Below are positions 39,901-54,900 of a stretch of 64,000 nt of DNA, in pieces. The notes below the pieces were generated by a model. It was not told the DNA's origin, made no database searches, and was given only the letters and a program-made list of their open reading frames with translations. The position numbers and the translations under genes are program-made. How positions within the stretch are numbered: the first letter of the stretch is position 1; each line of letters starts with the position of its first letter. Source of the DNA: Eledone cirrhosa (lineage: Eukaryota); the NCBI GenBank assembly GCA_964016885.1, contig OZ024740.1:14198001-14262000 (forward strand), read 5' to 3'.

Positions 39901-42900
39901 GGATATATAATATAAGCAAGTATTGCACTAGAGTACTCAAAACTTAGAGTAGTGGAGTGGATATATAATATAAGCAAGTATTGCACCAGAGTACTCAATA
40001 TTTAGGGTAGTGGAGTGGATATATAATATAAGCAAGTATTGCACCAGAGTACTCAATATTTAGGGTAGTGGAGTGGATATATAATATCAGCAAGTATTGC
40101 ACCAGAGTACTCAATACTTAGGGTAGTGGAGTGGATATATAATATAGGCAAGTATTGCACCAGAGTACTCAATATTTAGGGTAGTGGAGTGGATATATAA
40201 TATAAGCAAGTATTGCACTAGAGTACTCAATATTTAGGGTAGTGGAGTGGATATATAATATAAGCAAGTATTGCACTAGAGTACTCAATACTTAGGGTAG
40301 TGGAGTGGATATATAATATAGGCAAGAATTGCACCAGAGTACTCAATTCTTAGGGTAGTGGAGTGGATATATAATATAAGCAAGTATTCCACCAGAGTAC
40401 TCAATATTTAGGGTAGTGGAGTGGATATATAAGATAAGCAAGTATTGCACTAGAGTACTCAATATTTAGGGTAGTGGAGTGGATATATAATTTAAGCAAG
40501 TATTGCCCCAGACTAATCAATATTTAGGGTAGTGGAGTGGATATATAATATAAGCAAGTATTGCACCAGAGTACTCAATACTTACGGTAGTGGAGTGGAT
40601 ATATAATATAAGCAATATTGCACCAGAGTACTCAATGATTAGGGTAGTGGAGTGGATATATAATATAAGCAAGTATTGCACCAGAGTACTCAATACTTAG
40701 GGTAGTGGAGTGGATATATAATATAAGCAAGTATTGCACTAGAGTGCTCAATACTTAGGGTAGTGGAGTGGATATATAATATTAGCACGTATTGCACTAG
40801 AGTACTCAATATTTAGGGTAGTGGAGTGGATATATAATAAAAGAAAGTATTGCACCAGAGTACTCAATATTTAGGGTAGTGGTGTGGATATATAATACAA
40901 GCAAGTATTGCAGCAGAGTACTCAATACTTAGGGTAGTGGAGTGGATATATAATATAAGCAAGTATTGCACCAGAGTACTCAATATTTAGGGTAGTGGAG
41001 TGGATATATAATATAAGCAAGTATTGCACCAGAGTACTCAATATTTAGGGTAGTGGAGTGGATATATAATATCAGCAAGTATTGCACCATAGTACTCAAT
41101 ACTTAGGGTAGTGGAGTGGATATATAATATAAGCAAGTATTGCACCAGAATACTCAATATTTAGGCTAGTGGTGTGGATATATAATATAAGCAAGTATTG
41201 CACCAGAGTACTCAATACTTAGGGTAGTGGAGTGGATATATAATATAAGCAAGTATTGCACCAGAGTACTCAATATTTAGGGTAGTGGTGTGGATATATA
41301 ATATAAGCAAGTATTGCACCAGAGTACTCAATACTTAGGGTAGTGGAGTGGATATATAATATAAGCAAGTATTGCACCAGAGTACTCAATATTTAGGGTA
41401 GTGGAGTGGATATATAATATAAGTAAGTATTGCACCAGAGTACTCAATATTTAGGGTAGTGGAGTGGATATATAATATAAGCAAGTATTGCACCAGAGTA
41501 CTCAATACTTAGGGTAGTGGAGTGGATATATAATATAAGCAAGTATTGCACCAGTGTACTCAATATTTAGGGTAGTGGAGTGGATATATAATATAAGTAA
41601 GTATTGCACCAGAGTACTCAATATTTAGGGTAGTGGAGTGGATATATAATATAAGCAAGTATTGCACCAGAGTACTCAATATTTAGGGTAGTGGAGTGGA
41701 TATATAATATAAGCAAGTATTGCACTAGAGTGCTCAATACTTAGGGTAGTGGTGTGGATATATAATATAAGCAAGTATTGCACTAGAGTGCTCAATACTT
41801 AGGGTAGTGGAGTGGATATATAATATAAGCAAGTATTGCACCAGAGTACTCAATATTTAGGGTAGTGGAGTGGATATATAATATAAGCAAGTATTGCACT
41901 AGAGTGCTCAATACTTAGGCTAGTGGAGTGGATATATAATATAAGCAAGTATTGCACTAGAGTACTCAATATTTAGGGTAGTGGAGTGGATATATAATAT
42001 AAGCAAGTATTGCACCACAGTACTCAATACTTAGGGTAGTGGAGTGGATATATAATATAAGCAAGTATTGCACTAGAGCACTCAATATTTAGGGTAGTGG
42101 AGTGGATATATAATATAAGCAAGTATTGCACCAGAGTACTCAATACTTAGGGTAGTGGAGTGGATATATAATATAAGCAAGTATTGCACCAGATTACTCA
42201 ATATTTAGGGTAGTGGAGAGGATATATAATATAAGCAAGTATTGCACTAGAGTACTCAAAACTTAGGGTAGTGGAGTGGATATATAATATAAGCAAGTAT
42301 TGCACCAGAGTACTCAATATTTAGGGTTGTGGAGTGGATATATAATATCTGCAAGTATTGCACCAGAGTACTCAAAACTTACGGTAGTGGAGTGGATATA
42401 TAATATAAGCAAGTATTGCACCAGAGTACTCAATATTTAGGGTAGTGGAGTGGATATATAATATAAGCAAGTATTGCACTAGAGTACTCAATATTTAGGG
42501 TAGTGGAGTGGATATATAATATAAGCAAGTATTGCACTAGAGTACTCAATACTTAGGGTAGTGGAGTGGATATATAATATAGGCAAGAATTGCACCAGAG
42601 TACTCAATTCTTAGGGTAGTGGAGAGGATATATAATATAAGCAAGTATTCCACCAGAGTACTCAATATTTAGAGTAGTGGAGTGGATATATAAGATAAGC
42701 AAGTATTGCACTAGAGTACTCAATACTTAGGGTAGTGGAGTGGATATATAATATAGGCAAGAATTGCACCAGAGTACTCAATTCTTAGGGTAGTGGAGTG
42801 GATATATAATATAAGCAAGTATTCCACCAGAGTACTCAATATTTAGGGTAGTGGAGTGGATATATAAGATAAGCAAGTATTGCACTAGAGTACTCAATAT

Positions 42901-45900
42901 TTAGGGTAGTGGAGTGGATATATAATTTAAGCAAGTATTGCCCCAGACTAATCAATATTTAGGGTAGTGGAGTGGATATATAATATAAGCAAGTATTGCA
43001 CCAGAGTACTCAATACTTACGGTAGTGGAGTGGATATATAATATAAGCAATATTGCACCAGAGTACTCAATGATTAGGGTAGTGGAGTGGATATATAATA
43101 TAAGCAAGTATTGCACCAGAGTACTCAATACTTAGGGTAGTGGAGTGGATATATAATATAAGCAAGTATTGCACTAGAGTGCTCAATACTTAGGGTAGTG
43201 GAGTGGATATATAATATTAGCACGTATTGCACTAGAGTACTCAATATTTAGGGTAGTGGAGTGGATATATAATAAAAGAAAGTATTGCACCAGAGTACTC
43301 AATATTTAGGGTAGTGGTGTGGATATATAATATAAGCAAGTATTGCAGCAGAGTACTCAATACTTAGGGTAGTGGAGTGGATATATAATATAAGCAAGTA
43401 TTGCACCAGAGTACTCAATATTTAGGGTAGTGGAGTGGATATATAATATAAGCAAGTATTGCACCAGAGTACTCAATATTTAGGGTAGTGGAGTGGATAT
43501 ATAATATCAGCAAGTATTGCACCATAGTACTCAATACTTAGGGTAGTGGAGTGGATATATAATATAAGCAAGTATTGCACCAGAATACTCAATATTTAGG
43601 CTAGTGGTGTGGATATATAATATAAGCAAGTATTGCACCAGAGTACTCAATACTTAGGGTAGTGGAGTGGATATATAATATAAGCAAGTATTGCACCAGA
43701 GTACTCAATATTTAGGGTAGTGGAGTGGATATATAATATAAGCAAGTATTGCACCAGAGTACTCAATACTTAGGGTAGTGGAGTGGATATATAATATAAG
43801 CAAGTATTGCACCAGTGTACTCAATATTTAGGGTAGTGGAGTGGATATATAATATAAGTAAGTATTGCACCAGAGTACTCAATATTTAGGGTAGTGGAGT
43901 GGATATATAATATAAGCAAGTATTGCACCAGAGTACTCAATATTTAGGGTAGTGGAGTGGATATATAATATAAGCAAGTATTGCACTAGAGTGCTCAATA
44001 CTTAGAGTAGTGGTGTGGATATATAATATAAGCAAGTATTGCACTAGAGTGCTCAATACTTAGGGTAGTGGAGTGGATATATAATATAAGCAAGTATTGC
44101 ACCAGAGTACTCAATATTTAGGGTAGTGGAGTGGATATATAATATAAGCAAGTATTGCACTAGAGTGCTCAATACTTAGGGTAGTGGAGTGGATATATAA
44201 TATAAGCAAGTATTGCACTAGAGTACTCAATATTTAGGGTAGTGGAGTGGATATATAATATAAGCAAGTATTGCACCACAGTACTCAATACTTAGGGTAG
44301 TGGAGTGGATATATAATATAAGCAAGTATTGCACTAGAGCACTCAATATTTAGGGTAGTGGAGTGGATATATAATATAAGCAAGTATTGCACCAGAGTAC
44401 TCAATACTTAGGGTAGTGGAGTGGATATATAATATAAGCAAGTATTGCACCAGATTACTCAATATTTAGGGTAGTGGAGAGGATATATAATATAAGCAAG
44501 TATTGCACTAGAGTACTCAAAACTTAGGGTAGTGGAGTGGATATATAATATAAGCAAGTATTGCACCAGAGTACTCAATATTTAGGGTTGTGGAGTGGAT
44601 ATATAATATCTGCAAGTATTGCACCAGAGTACTCAAAACTTACGGTAGTGGAGTGGATATATAATATAAGCAAGTATTGCACCAGAGTACTCAATATTTA
44701 GGGTAGTGGAGTGGATATATAATATAAGCAAGTATTGCACTAGAGTACTCAATATTTAGGGTAGTGGAGTGGATATATAATATAAGCAAGTATTGCACTA
44801 GAGTACTCAATACTTAGGGTAGTGGAGTGGATATATAATATAGGCAAGAATTGCACCAGAGTACTCAATTCTTAGGGTAGTGGAGAGGATATATAATATA
44901 AGCAAGTATTCCACCAGAGTACTCAATATTTAGGGTAGTGGAGTGGATATATAAGATAAGCAAGTATTGCACTAGAGTACTCAATACTTAGGGTAGTGGA
45001 GTGGATATATAATATAGGCAAGAATTGCACCAGAGTACTCAATTCTTAGGGTAGTGGAGTGGATATATAATATAAGCAAGTATTCCACCAGAGTACTCAA
45101 TATTTAGGGTAGTGGAGTGGATATATAAGATAAGCAAGTATTGCACTAGAGTACTCAATATTTAGGGTAGTGGAGTGGATATATAATTTAAGCAAGTATT
45201 GCCCCAGACTAATCAATATTTAGGGTAGTGGAGTGGATATATAATATAAGCTAGTATTGCACCAGAGTACTCAATACTTACGGTAGTGGAGTGGATATAT
45301 AATATAAGCAATATTGCACCAGAGTACTCAATGATTAGGGTAGTGGAGTGGATATATAATATAAGCAAGTATTGCACCAGAGTACTCAATACTTAGGGTA
45401 GTGGAGTGGATATATAATATAAGCAAGTATTGCACTAGAGTGCTCAATACTTAGGGTAGTGGAGTGGATATATAATATTAGCACGTATTGCACTAGAGTA
45501 CTCAATATTTAGGGTAGTGGAGTGGATATATAATAAAAGAAAGTATTGCACCAGAGTACTCAATATTTAGGGTAGTGGTGTGGATATATAATATAAGCAA
45601 GTATTGCAGCAGAGTACTCAATACTTAGGGTAGTGGAGTGGATATATAATATAAGCAAGTATTGCACCAGAGTACTCAATATTTAGGGTAGTGGAGTGGA
45701 TATATAATATAAGCAAGTATTGCACCAGAGTACTCAATATTTAGGGTAGTGGAGTGGATATATAATATCAGCAAGTATTGCACCATAGTACTCAATACTT
45801 AGGGTAGTGGAGTGGATATATAATATAAGCAAGTATTGCACCAGAATACTCAATATTTAGGCTAGTGGTGTGGATATATAATATAAGCAAGTATTGCACC

Positions 45901-48900
45901 AGAGTACTCAATACTTAGGGTAGTGGAGTGGATATATAATATAAGCAAGTATTGCACCAGAGTACTCAATATTTAGGGTAGTGGTGTGGATATATAATAT
46001 AAGCAAGTATTGCACCAGAGTACTCAATACTTAGGGTAGTGGAGTGGATATATAATATAAGCAAGTATTGCACCAGAGTACTCAATATTTAGGGTAGTGG
46101 AGTGGATATATAATATAAGTAAGTATTGCACCAGAGTACTCAATATTTAGGGTAGTGGAGTGGATATATAATATAAGCAAGTATTGCACCAGAGTACTGA
46201 ATACTTAGGGTAGTGGAGTGGATATATAATATAAGCAAGTATTGCACCAGTGTACTCAATATTTAGGGTAGTGGAGTGGATATATAATATAAGTAAGTAT
46301 TGCACCAGAGTACTCAATATTTAGGGTAGTGGAGTGGATATATAATATAAGCAAGTATTGCATCAGAGTACTCAATATTTAGGGTAGTGGAGTGGATATA
46401 TAATATAAGCAAGTATTGCACTAGAGTGCTCAATACTTAGGGTAGTGGTGTGGATATATAATATAAGCAAGTATTGCACTAGAGTGCTCAATACTTAGGG
46501 TAGTGGAGTGGATATATAATATAAGCAAGTATTGCACCAGAGTACTCAATATTTAGGGTAGTGGAGTGGATATATAATATAAGCAAGTATTGCACTAGAG
46601 TGCTCAATACTTAGGGTAGTGGAGTGGATATATAATATAAGCAAGTATTGCACTAGAGTACTCAATATTTAGGGTAGTGGAGTGGATATATAATATAAGC
46701 AAGTATTGCACCACAGTACTCAATACTTAGGGTAGTGGAGTGGATATATAATATAAGCAAGTATTGCACTAGAGCACTCAATATTTAGGGTAGTGGAGTG
46801 GATATATAATATAAGCAAGTATTGCACCAGAGTACTCAATACTTAGGGTAGAGGAGTGGATATATAATATAAGCAAGTATTGCACCAGATTACTCAATAT
46901 TTAGGGTAGTGGAGAGGATATATAATATAAGCAAGTATTGCACTAGAGTACTCAAAACTTAGGGTAGTGGAGTGGATATATAATATAAGCAAGTATTGCA
47001 CCAGAGTACTCAATATTTAGGGTTGTGGAGTGGATATATAATATCTGCAAGTATTGCACCAGAGTACTCAAAACTTACGGTAGTGGAGTGGATATATAAT
47101 ATAAGTAAGTATTGCACCAGAGTACTCAATATTTAGGGTAGTGGAGTGGATATATAATATAAGCAAGTATTGCACTAGAGTACTCAATATTTAGGGTAGT
47201 GGAGTGGATATATAATATAAGCAAGTATTGCACTAGAGTACTCAATACTTAGGGTAGTGGAGTGGATATATAATATAGGCAAGAATTGCACCAGAGTACT
47301 CAATTCTTAGGGTAGTGGAGAGGATATATAATATAAGCAAGTATTCCACCAGAGTACTCAATATTTAGGGTAGTGGAGTGGATATATAAGATAAGCAAGT
47401 ATTGCACTAGAGTACTCAATATTTAGGGTAGTGCAGTGGATATATAAGATTAGCAAGTATTGCACCAGAGTACTCAATATTTAGGGTAGTGGAGTGGATA
47501 TATAATTTAAGCAAGTATTGCCCCAGACTAATCAATATTTAGGGTAGTGGAGTGGATATATAATATAAGCAAGTATTGCACCAGAGTACTCAATACTTAC
47601 GGTAGTGGAGTGGATATATAATATAAGCAATATTGCACCAGAGTACTCAATAATTAGGGTAGTGGAGTGGATATATAATATAAGCAAGTATTGCACTAGA
47701 GTACTCAATATTTAGGGTAGTGGAGTGGATATATAATATAAGCAAGTATTGCACCAGAGTACTCAATACTTACTGTAGTGGAGTGGATATATAATATGAG
47801 CAAGTATTGCACCAGAGTACTCAATATTTAGGGTAGTAGAGTGGATATATAATATAAGCAAGTATTGCACCAGAGTACTCAATATTTAGGGTAGTGGAGT
47901 GGATATATAATATAAGCAAGTATTGCACCTGAGTACTCAATATTTAGGGTAGTGGAGTGGATATATAATATAAGCAAGTATTGCACCAGAGTACTCAATA
48001 TTTAGGGTAGTGGAGTGGATATATAATATAAGCAAGTATTGAACCAGAGTACTCAATACTTACGGTAGTGGAGTGGATATATAATATAAGCAGGTATTGC
48101 ACCAGAGTACTCAATAATTAGGGTAGTGGAGTGGATATATAATATAAGCAAGTATTGCACCAGAGTACTCAATATTTAGGGTAGTGGAGTGGATATATAA
48201 TATAAACAAGTATTGCACCAGAGTACTCAATAATTAGGGTAGTGGAGTGGATATATAATATAAGCAAGTATTGCACCAGAGTACTCAATACTTAGGGTAG
48301 TGGTGTGGATATATAATATAAGCAAGTATTGCACTAGAGTGCTCAATACTTAGGGTAGTGGAGTGGATATATAATATAAGCAAGTATTGCACCAGAGTAC
48401 TCAATATTTAGGGTAGTGGAGTGGATATATAATATAAGCAAGTATTGCACTAGAGTGCTCAATACTTAGGGTAGTGGAGTGGATATATAATATTAGCAAG
48501 TATTGCACTAGAGTACTCAATATTTAGGGTAGTGGAGTGGATATATAATAAAAGAAAGTATTGCACCAGAGTACTCAATATTTAGGGTAGTGGAGTGGAT
48601 ATATAATATAAGCAAGTATTGCACTAGAGTACTCAAAACTTAGGGTAGTGGAGTGGATATATAATATAAGCAAGTATTGCACCAGAGTACTCAATATTTA
48701 GGGTAGTGGAGTGGATATATAATATAAGCAAGTATTGCACCAGAGAACTCAATATTTAGGGTAGTGGAGTGGATATATAATATCAGCAAGTATTGCACCA
48801 GAGTACTCAAAACTTACGGTAGTGGAGTGGATATATAATATAAGCAAGTATTGCACCAGAGTACTCAATATTTAGGGTAGTGGAGTGGATATATAATATA

Positions 48901-51900
48901 AGCAAGTATTGCACTAGAGTACTCAATATTTAGGGTAGTGGAGTGGATATATAATATGAGCAAGTATTGCACTAGAGTACTCAATACTTAGGGTAGTGGA
49001 GTGGATATATAATATAGGCAAGAATTGCACCAGAGTACTCAATTCTTAGGGTAGTGGAGTGGATATATAATATAAGCAAGTATTCCACCAGAGTACTCCA
49101 TATTTAGGGTAGTGGAGTGGATATATAAGATAAGCAAGTATTGCACTAGAGTACTCAATATTTAGGGTAGTGCAGTGGATATATAAGATTAGCAAGTATT
49201 GCACCAGAGTACTCAATATTTAGGGTAGTGGAGTGAATATATAATTTAAGCAAGTATTGCCCCAGACTAATCAATATTTAGGGTAGTGGAGTGGATATAT
49301 AATATAAGCAAGTATTGCACCAGAGTACTCAATACTTAGGGTAGTGGAGTGGATATATAATATAAGCAAGTATTGCACCAGAGTACTCAATATTTAGGGT
49401 AGTGGTGTGGATATATAATATAAGCAAGTATTGCACCAGAGTACTCAATACTTAGGGTAGTGGAGTGGATATATAATATAAGCTAGTATTGCACCAGAGT
49501 ACTCAATACTTACGGTAGTGGAGTGGATATATAATATAAGCAATATTGCACGAGAGTACTCAATCATTAGGGTAGTGGAGTGGATATATAATATAAGCAA
49601 GTATTGCACTAGAGTACTCAATATTTAGGGTAGTGGAGTGGATATATAATATAAGCAAGTATTGCACCAGAGTACTCAATACTTACGGTAGTGGAGTGGA
49701 TATATAATACAAGCAAGTATTGCACCAGAGTACTCAATACTTAGGGTAGTGGAGTGGATATATAATATGAGCAAGTATTGCACCAGAGTACTCAATATTT
49801 AGGGTAGTGGAGTGGATATATAATATAAGCAAGTATTGCACCAGAGTACTCAATACTTAGGGTAGTGGAGTGGATATATAATATAAGCAAGTATTGCACC
49901 TGAGTACTCAATATTTAGGGTAGTGGAGTGGATATATAATATAAGCAAGTATTGCACCAGAGTACTCAATATTTAGGGTAGTGGAGTGGATATATAATAT
50001 AAGCAAGTATTGCACCAGAGTACTCAATACTTACGGTAGTGGAGTGGATATATAATATAAGCAAGTATTGCACCAGAGTACTCAATAATTAGGGTAGTGG
50101 AGTGGATATATAATATAAGCAAGTATTGCACCAGAGTACTCAATATTTAGGGTAGTGGAGTGGATATATAATATAAGCAAGTATTGCACCAGAATACTCA
50201 ATAATTAGGGTAGTGGAGTGGATATATAATATAAGCAAGTATTGCACCAGAGTACTCAGTAATTAGGGTAGTGGAGTGGATATATAATATAAGCAAGTAT
50301 TGCACCAGAGTACTCAATACTTAGGGTAGTGGAGTGGATATATAATATAAGCAAGTATTGCACCTGAGTACTCAATATTTAGGGTAGTGGAGTGGATATA
50401 TAATATAAGCAAGGATTGCACCAGAGTACTCAATACTTAGGGTAGTGGAGTGGATATATAATATAAGCAAGTATTGCACCTGAGTACTCAATATTTAGGG
50501 TAGTGGAGTGGATATATAATATAAGCAAGTATTGCACTAGAGTACTCAATATTTGGGGTAGTGGAGTGGATATATAATATAAGCAAGTATTGCACTAGAG
50601 TACTCAATACTTAGGGTAGTGGAGTGGATATATAATATAGGCAAGAATTGCACCAGAGTACTCAATTCTTAGGGTAGTGGAGTGGATATATAATATAAGC
50701 AAGTATTCCACCAGAGTACTCAATATTTAGGGTAGTGGAGTGGATATATAAGATAAGCAAGTATTGCACTAGAGTACTCAATATTTAGGGTAGTGCAGAG
50801 GATATATAAGATTAGCAAGTATTGCACCAGAGTACTCAATATTTAGGGTAGTGGAGTGGATATATAATTTAAGCAAGTATTGCCCCAGACTAATCAATAT
50901 TTAGGGTAGTGGAGTGGATATATAATATAAGCAAGTATTGCACCAGAGTACTCAATACTTACGGTAGTGGAGTGGATATATAATATAAGCAATATTGCAC
51001 CAGAGTACTCAATAATTAGGGTAGTGGAGTGGATATATAATATAAGCAAGTATTGCACTAGAGTACTCAATATTTAGGGTAGTGGAGTGGATATATAATA
51101 TAAGCAAGTATTGCACCAGAGTACTCAATACTTACGGTAGTGGAGTGGATATATAATATAAGCAAGTATTGCACCAGAGTACTCAATACTTAGGGTAGTG
51201 GAGTGGATATATAATATAAGCAAGTATTGCACCTGAGTACTCAATATTTAGGGTAGTGGAGTGGATATATAATATAAGCAAGTATTGCACCAGAGTACTC
51301 AATATTTAGGGTAGTGGAGTGTATATATAATATAAGCAAGTATTGCACCAGAGTACTCAATACTTACGGTAGTGGAGTGGATATATAATATAAGCAAGTA
51401 TTGCACCAGAGTACTCAATAATTAGGGTAGTGGAGTGGATATATAATATAAGCAAGTATTGCACCAGAGTACTCAATATTTAGGGTAGTGGAGTGGATAT
51501 ATAATATAAGCAAGTATTGCACCAGAATACTCAATAATTAGGGTAGTGGAGTGGATATATAATATAAGCAAGTATTGCACCAGAGTACTCAATAATTAGG
51601 GTAGTGGAGTGGATATATAATATAAGCAAGTATTGCACCAGAGTACTCAATACTTAGGGTAGTGGAGTGGATATATAATATAAGCAAGTATTGCACCTGA
51701 GTACTCAATATTTAGGGTAGTGGAGTGGATATATAATATAAGCATGGATTGCACCAGAGTACTCAATAATTAGGGTAGTGGAATGGATATATAATATAAG
51801 CAAGTATTGCACCAGAGTACTCAATACTTAGGATAGTGGAGTGGATATATAATATAAGCAAGTATTGCACCTGAGTACTCAATATTTAGGGTAGTGGAGT

Positions 51901-54900
51901 GGATATATAATATAAGCAAGTATTGCACTAGAGTACTCAATATTTGGGGTAGTGGAGTGGATATATAATATAAGCAAGTATTGCACTAGAGTACTCAATA
52001 CTTAGGGTAGTGGAGTGGATATATAATATAGGCAAGAATTGCACCAGAGTACTCAATTCTTAGGGTAGTGGAGTGGATATATAATATAAGCAAGTATTCC
52101 ACCAGAGTACTCAATATTTAGGGTAGTGGAGTGGATATATAAGATAAGCAAGTATTGCACTAGAGTACTCAATATTTAGGGTAGTGCAGTGGATATATAA
52201 GATTAGCAAGTATTGCACCAGAGTACTCAATATTTAGGGTAGTGGAGTGGATATATAATTTAAGCAAGTATTGCCCCAGACTAATCAATATTTAGGGTAG
52301 TGGAGTGGATATATAATATAAGCAAGTATTGCACCAGAGTACTCAATACTTACGGTAGTGGAGTGGATATATAATATAAGCAATATTGCACCAGAGTACT
52401 CAATAATTAGGGTAGTGGAGTGGATATATAATATAAGCAAGTATTGCACTAGAGTACTCAATATTTAGGGTAGTGGAGTGGATATATAATATAAGCAAGT
52501 ATTGCACCAGAGTACTCAATACTTACGGTAGTGGAGTGGATATATAATATAAGCAAGTATTGCACCAGAGTACTCAATACTTAGGGTAGTGGAGTGGATA
52601 TATAATATGAGCAAGTATTGCACCAGAGTACTCAATATTTAGGGTAGTGGAGTGGATATATAATATAAGCAAGTATTGCACCAGAGTACTCAATACTTAG
52701 GGTAGTGGAGTGGATATATAAGATAAGCAAGTATTGCACTAGAGTACTCAATATTTAGGGTAGTGCAGTGGATATATAAGATTAGCAAGAATTGCACCAG
52801 AGTACTCAATATTTAGGGTAGTGGAGTGGATATATAATTTATGCAAGTATTGCCCCAGACTAATCAATATTTAGGGTAGTGGAGTGGATATATAATATAA
52901 GCAAGTATTGCACCAGAGTACTCAATACTTACGGTAGTGGAGTGGATATATAATATAAGCAATATTGCACCAGAGTACTCAATAATTTGGGTAGTGGAGT
53001 GGATATATAATATGAGCAAGTATTGCACCAGAGTACTCAATATTTAGGGTAGTGGAGTGGATATATAATATAAGCAAGTATTGCACCAGAGTACTCAATA
53101 CTTAGGGTAGTGGAGTGGATATATAATATAAGCAAGTATTGCATCTGAGTACTCAATATTTAGGGTAGTGGAGTGGATATATAATATAAGCAAGTATTGC
53201 ACCAGAGTACTCAATATTTAGGGTAGTGGAGTGGATATATAATATAAGCAAGTATTGCACCAGAGTACTCAATACTTACGGTAGTGGAGTGGATATATAA
53301 TATAAGCAAGTATTGCACCAGAGTACTCAATAATTAGGGTAGTGGAGTGGATATATAATATAAGCAAGTATTGCACCAGAGTACTCAATATTTAGGGTAG
53401 TGGAGTGGATATATAATATAAGCAAGTATTGCACCTGAGTACTCAATATTTAGGGTAGTGGAGTGGATATATAATATAAGCATGTATTGCACTAGAGTAC
53501 TAAATATTTAGGGTAGTGGAGTGGATATATAATATAAGCAAGTATTGCACTAGAGTACTCAATACTTAGGGTAGTGGAGTGGATATATAATATAGGCAAG
53601 AATTGCACCAGAGTACTCAATTCTTAGGGTAGTGGAGTGGATATATAATATAAGCAAGTATTCCACCAGAGTACTCAATATTTAGGGTAGTGGAGTGGAT
53701 ATATAAGATAAGCAAGTATTGCACTAGAGTACTCAATATTTAGGGTAGTGCAGTGGATATATAAGATTAGCAAGTATTGCACCAGAGTACTCAATATTTA
53801 GGGTACTGGAGTGGATATATAATTTATGCAAGTATTGCCCCAGACTAATCAATATTTAGGGTAGTGGAGTGGATATATAATATAAGCAAGTATTGCACCA
53901 GAGTACTCAATACTTACGGTAGTGGAGTGGATATATAATATAAGCAATATTGCACCAGAGTACTCAATAATTAGGGTAGTGGAGTGGATATATAATATAA
54001 GCAAGTATTGCACTAGAGTACTCAATATTTAGGGTAGTGGAGTGGATATATAATATAAGCAAGTATTGCACCAGAGTACTCAATACTTACGGTAGTGGAG
54101 TGGATATATAATATAAGCAAGTATTGCACCAGAGTACTCAATACTTAGGGTAGTGGAGTGGATATATAATATGAGCAAGTATTGCACCAGAGTACTCAAT
54201 ATTTAGGGTAGTGGAGTGGATATATAATATAAGCAAGTATTGCACCAGAGTACTCAATACTTAGGGTAGTAGAGTGGATATATAATATAAGCAAGTATTG
54301 CACCTGAGTACTCAATATTTAGGGTAGTGGAGTGGATATATAATATAAGCAAGTATTGCACCAGAGTACTCAATATTTAGGGTAGTGGAGTGGATATATA
54401 ATATAAGCAAGTATTGCACCAGAGTACTCAATACTTACGGTAGTGGAGTGGATATATAATATAAGCAAGTATTGCACCAGAGTACTCAATAATTAGGGTA
54501 GTGGAGTGGATATATAATATAAGCAAGTATTGCACCAGAGTACTCAATATTTAGGGTAGTGGAGTGGATATATAATATAAGCAAGTATTGCACCAGAGTA
54601 CTCAATAATTTGGGTAGTGGAGTGGATATATAATATAAGCAAGTATTGCACCAGAGTACTCAATACTTAGGGTAGTGGTGTGGATATATAATATAAGCAA
54701 GTATTGCACTAGAGTGCTCAATACTTAGGGTAGTGGAGTGGATATATAATATAAGCAAGTATTGCACCAGAGTACTCAATATTTAGGGTAGTGGAGTGGA
54801 TATATAATATAAGCAAGTATTGCACTAGAGTGCTCAATACTTAGGGTAGTGGAGTGGATATATAATATTAGCAAGTATTGCACTAGAGTACTCAATATTT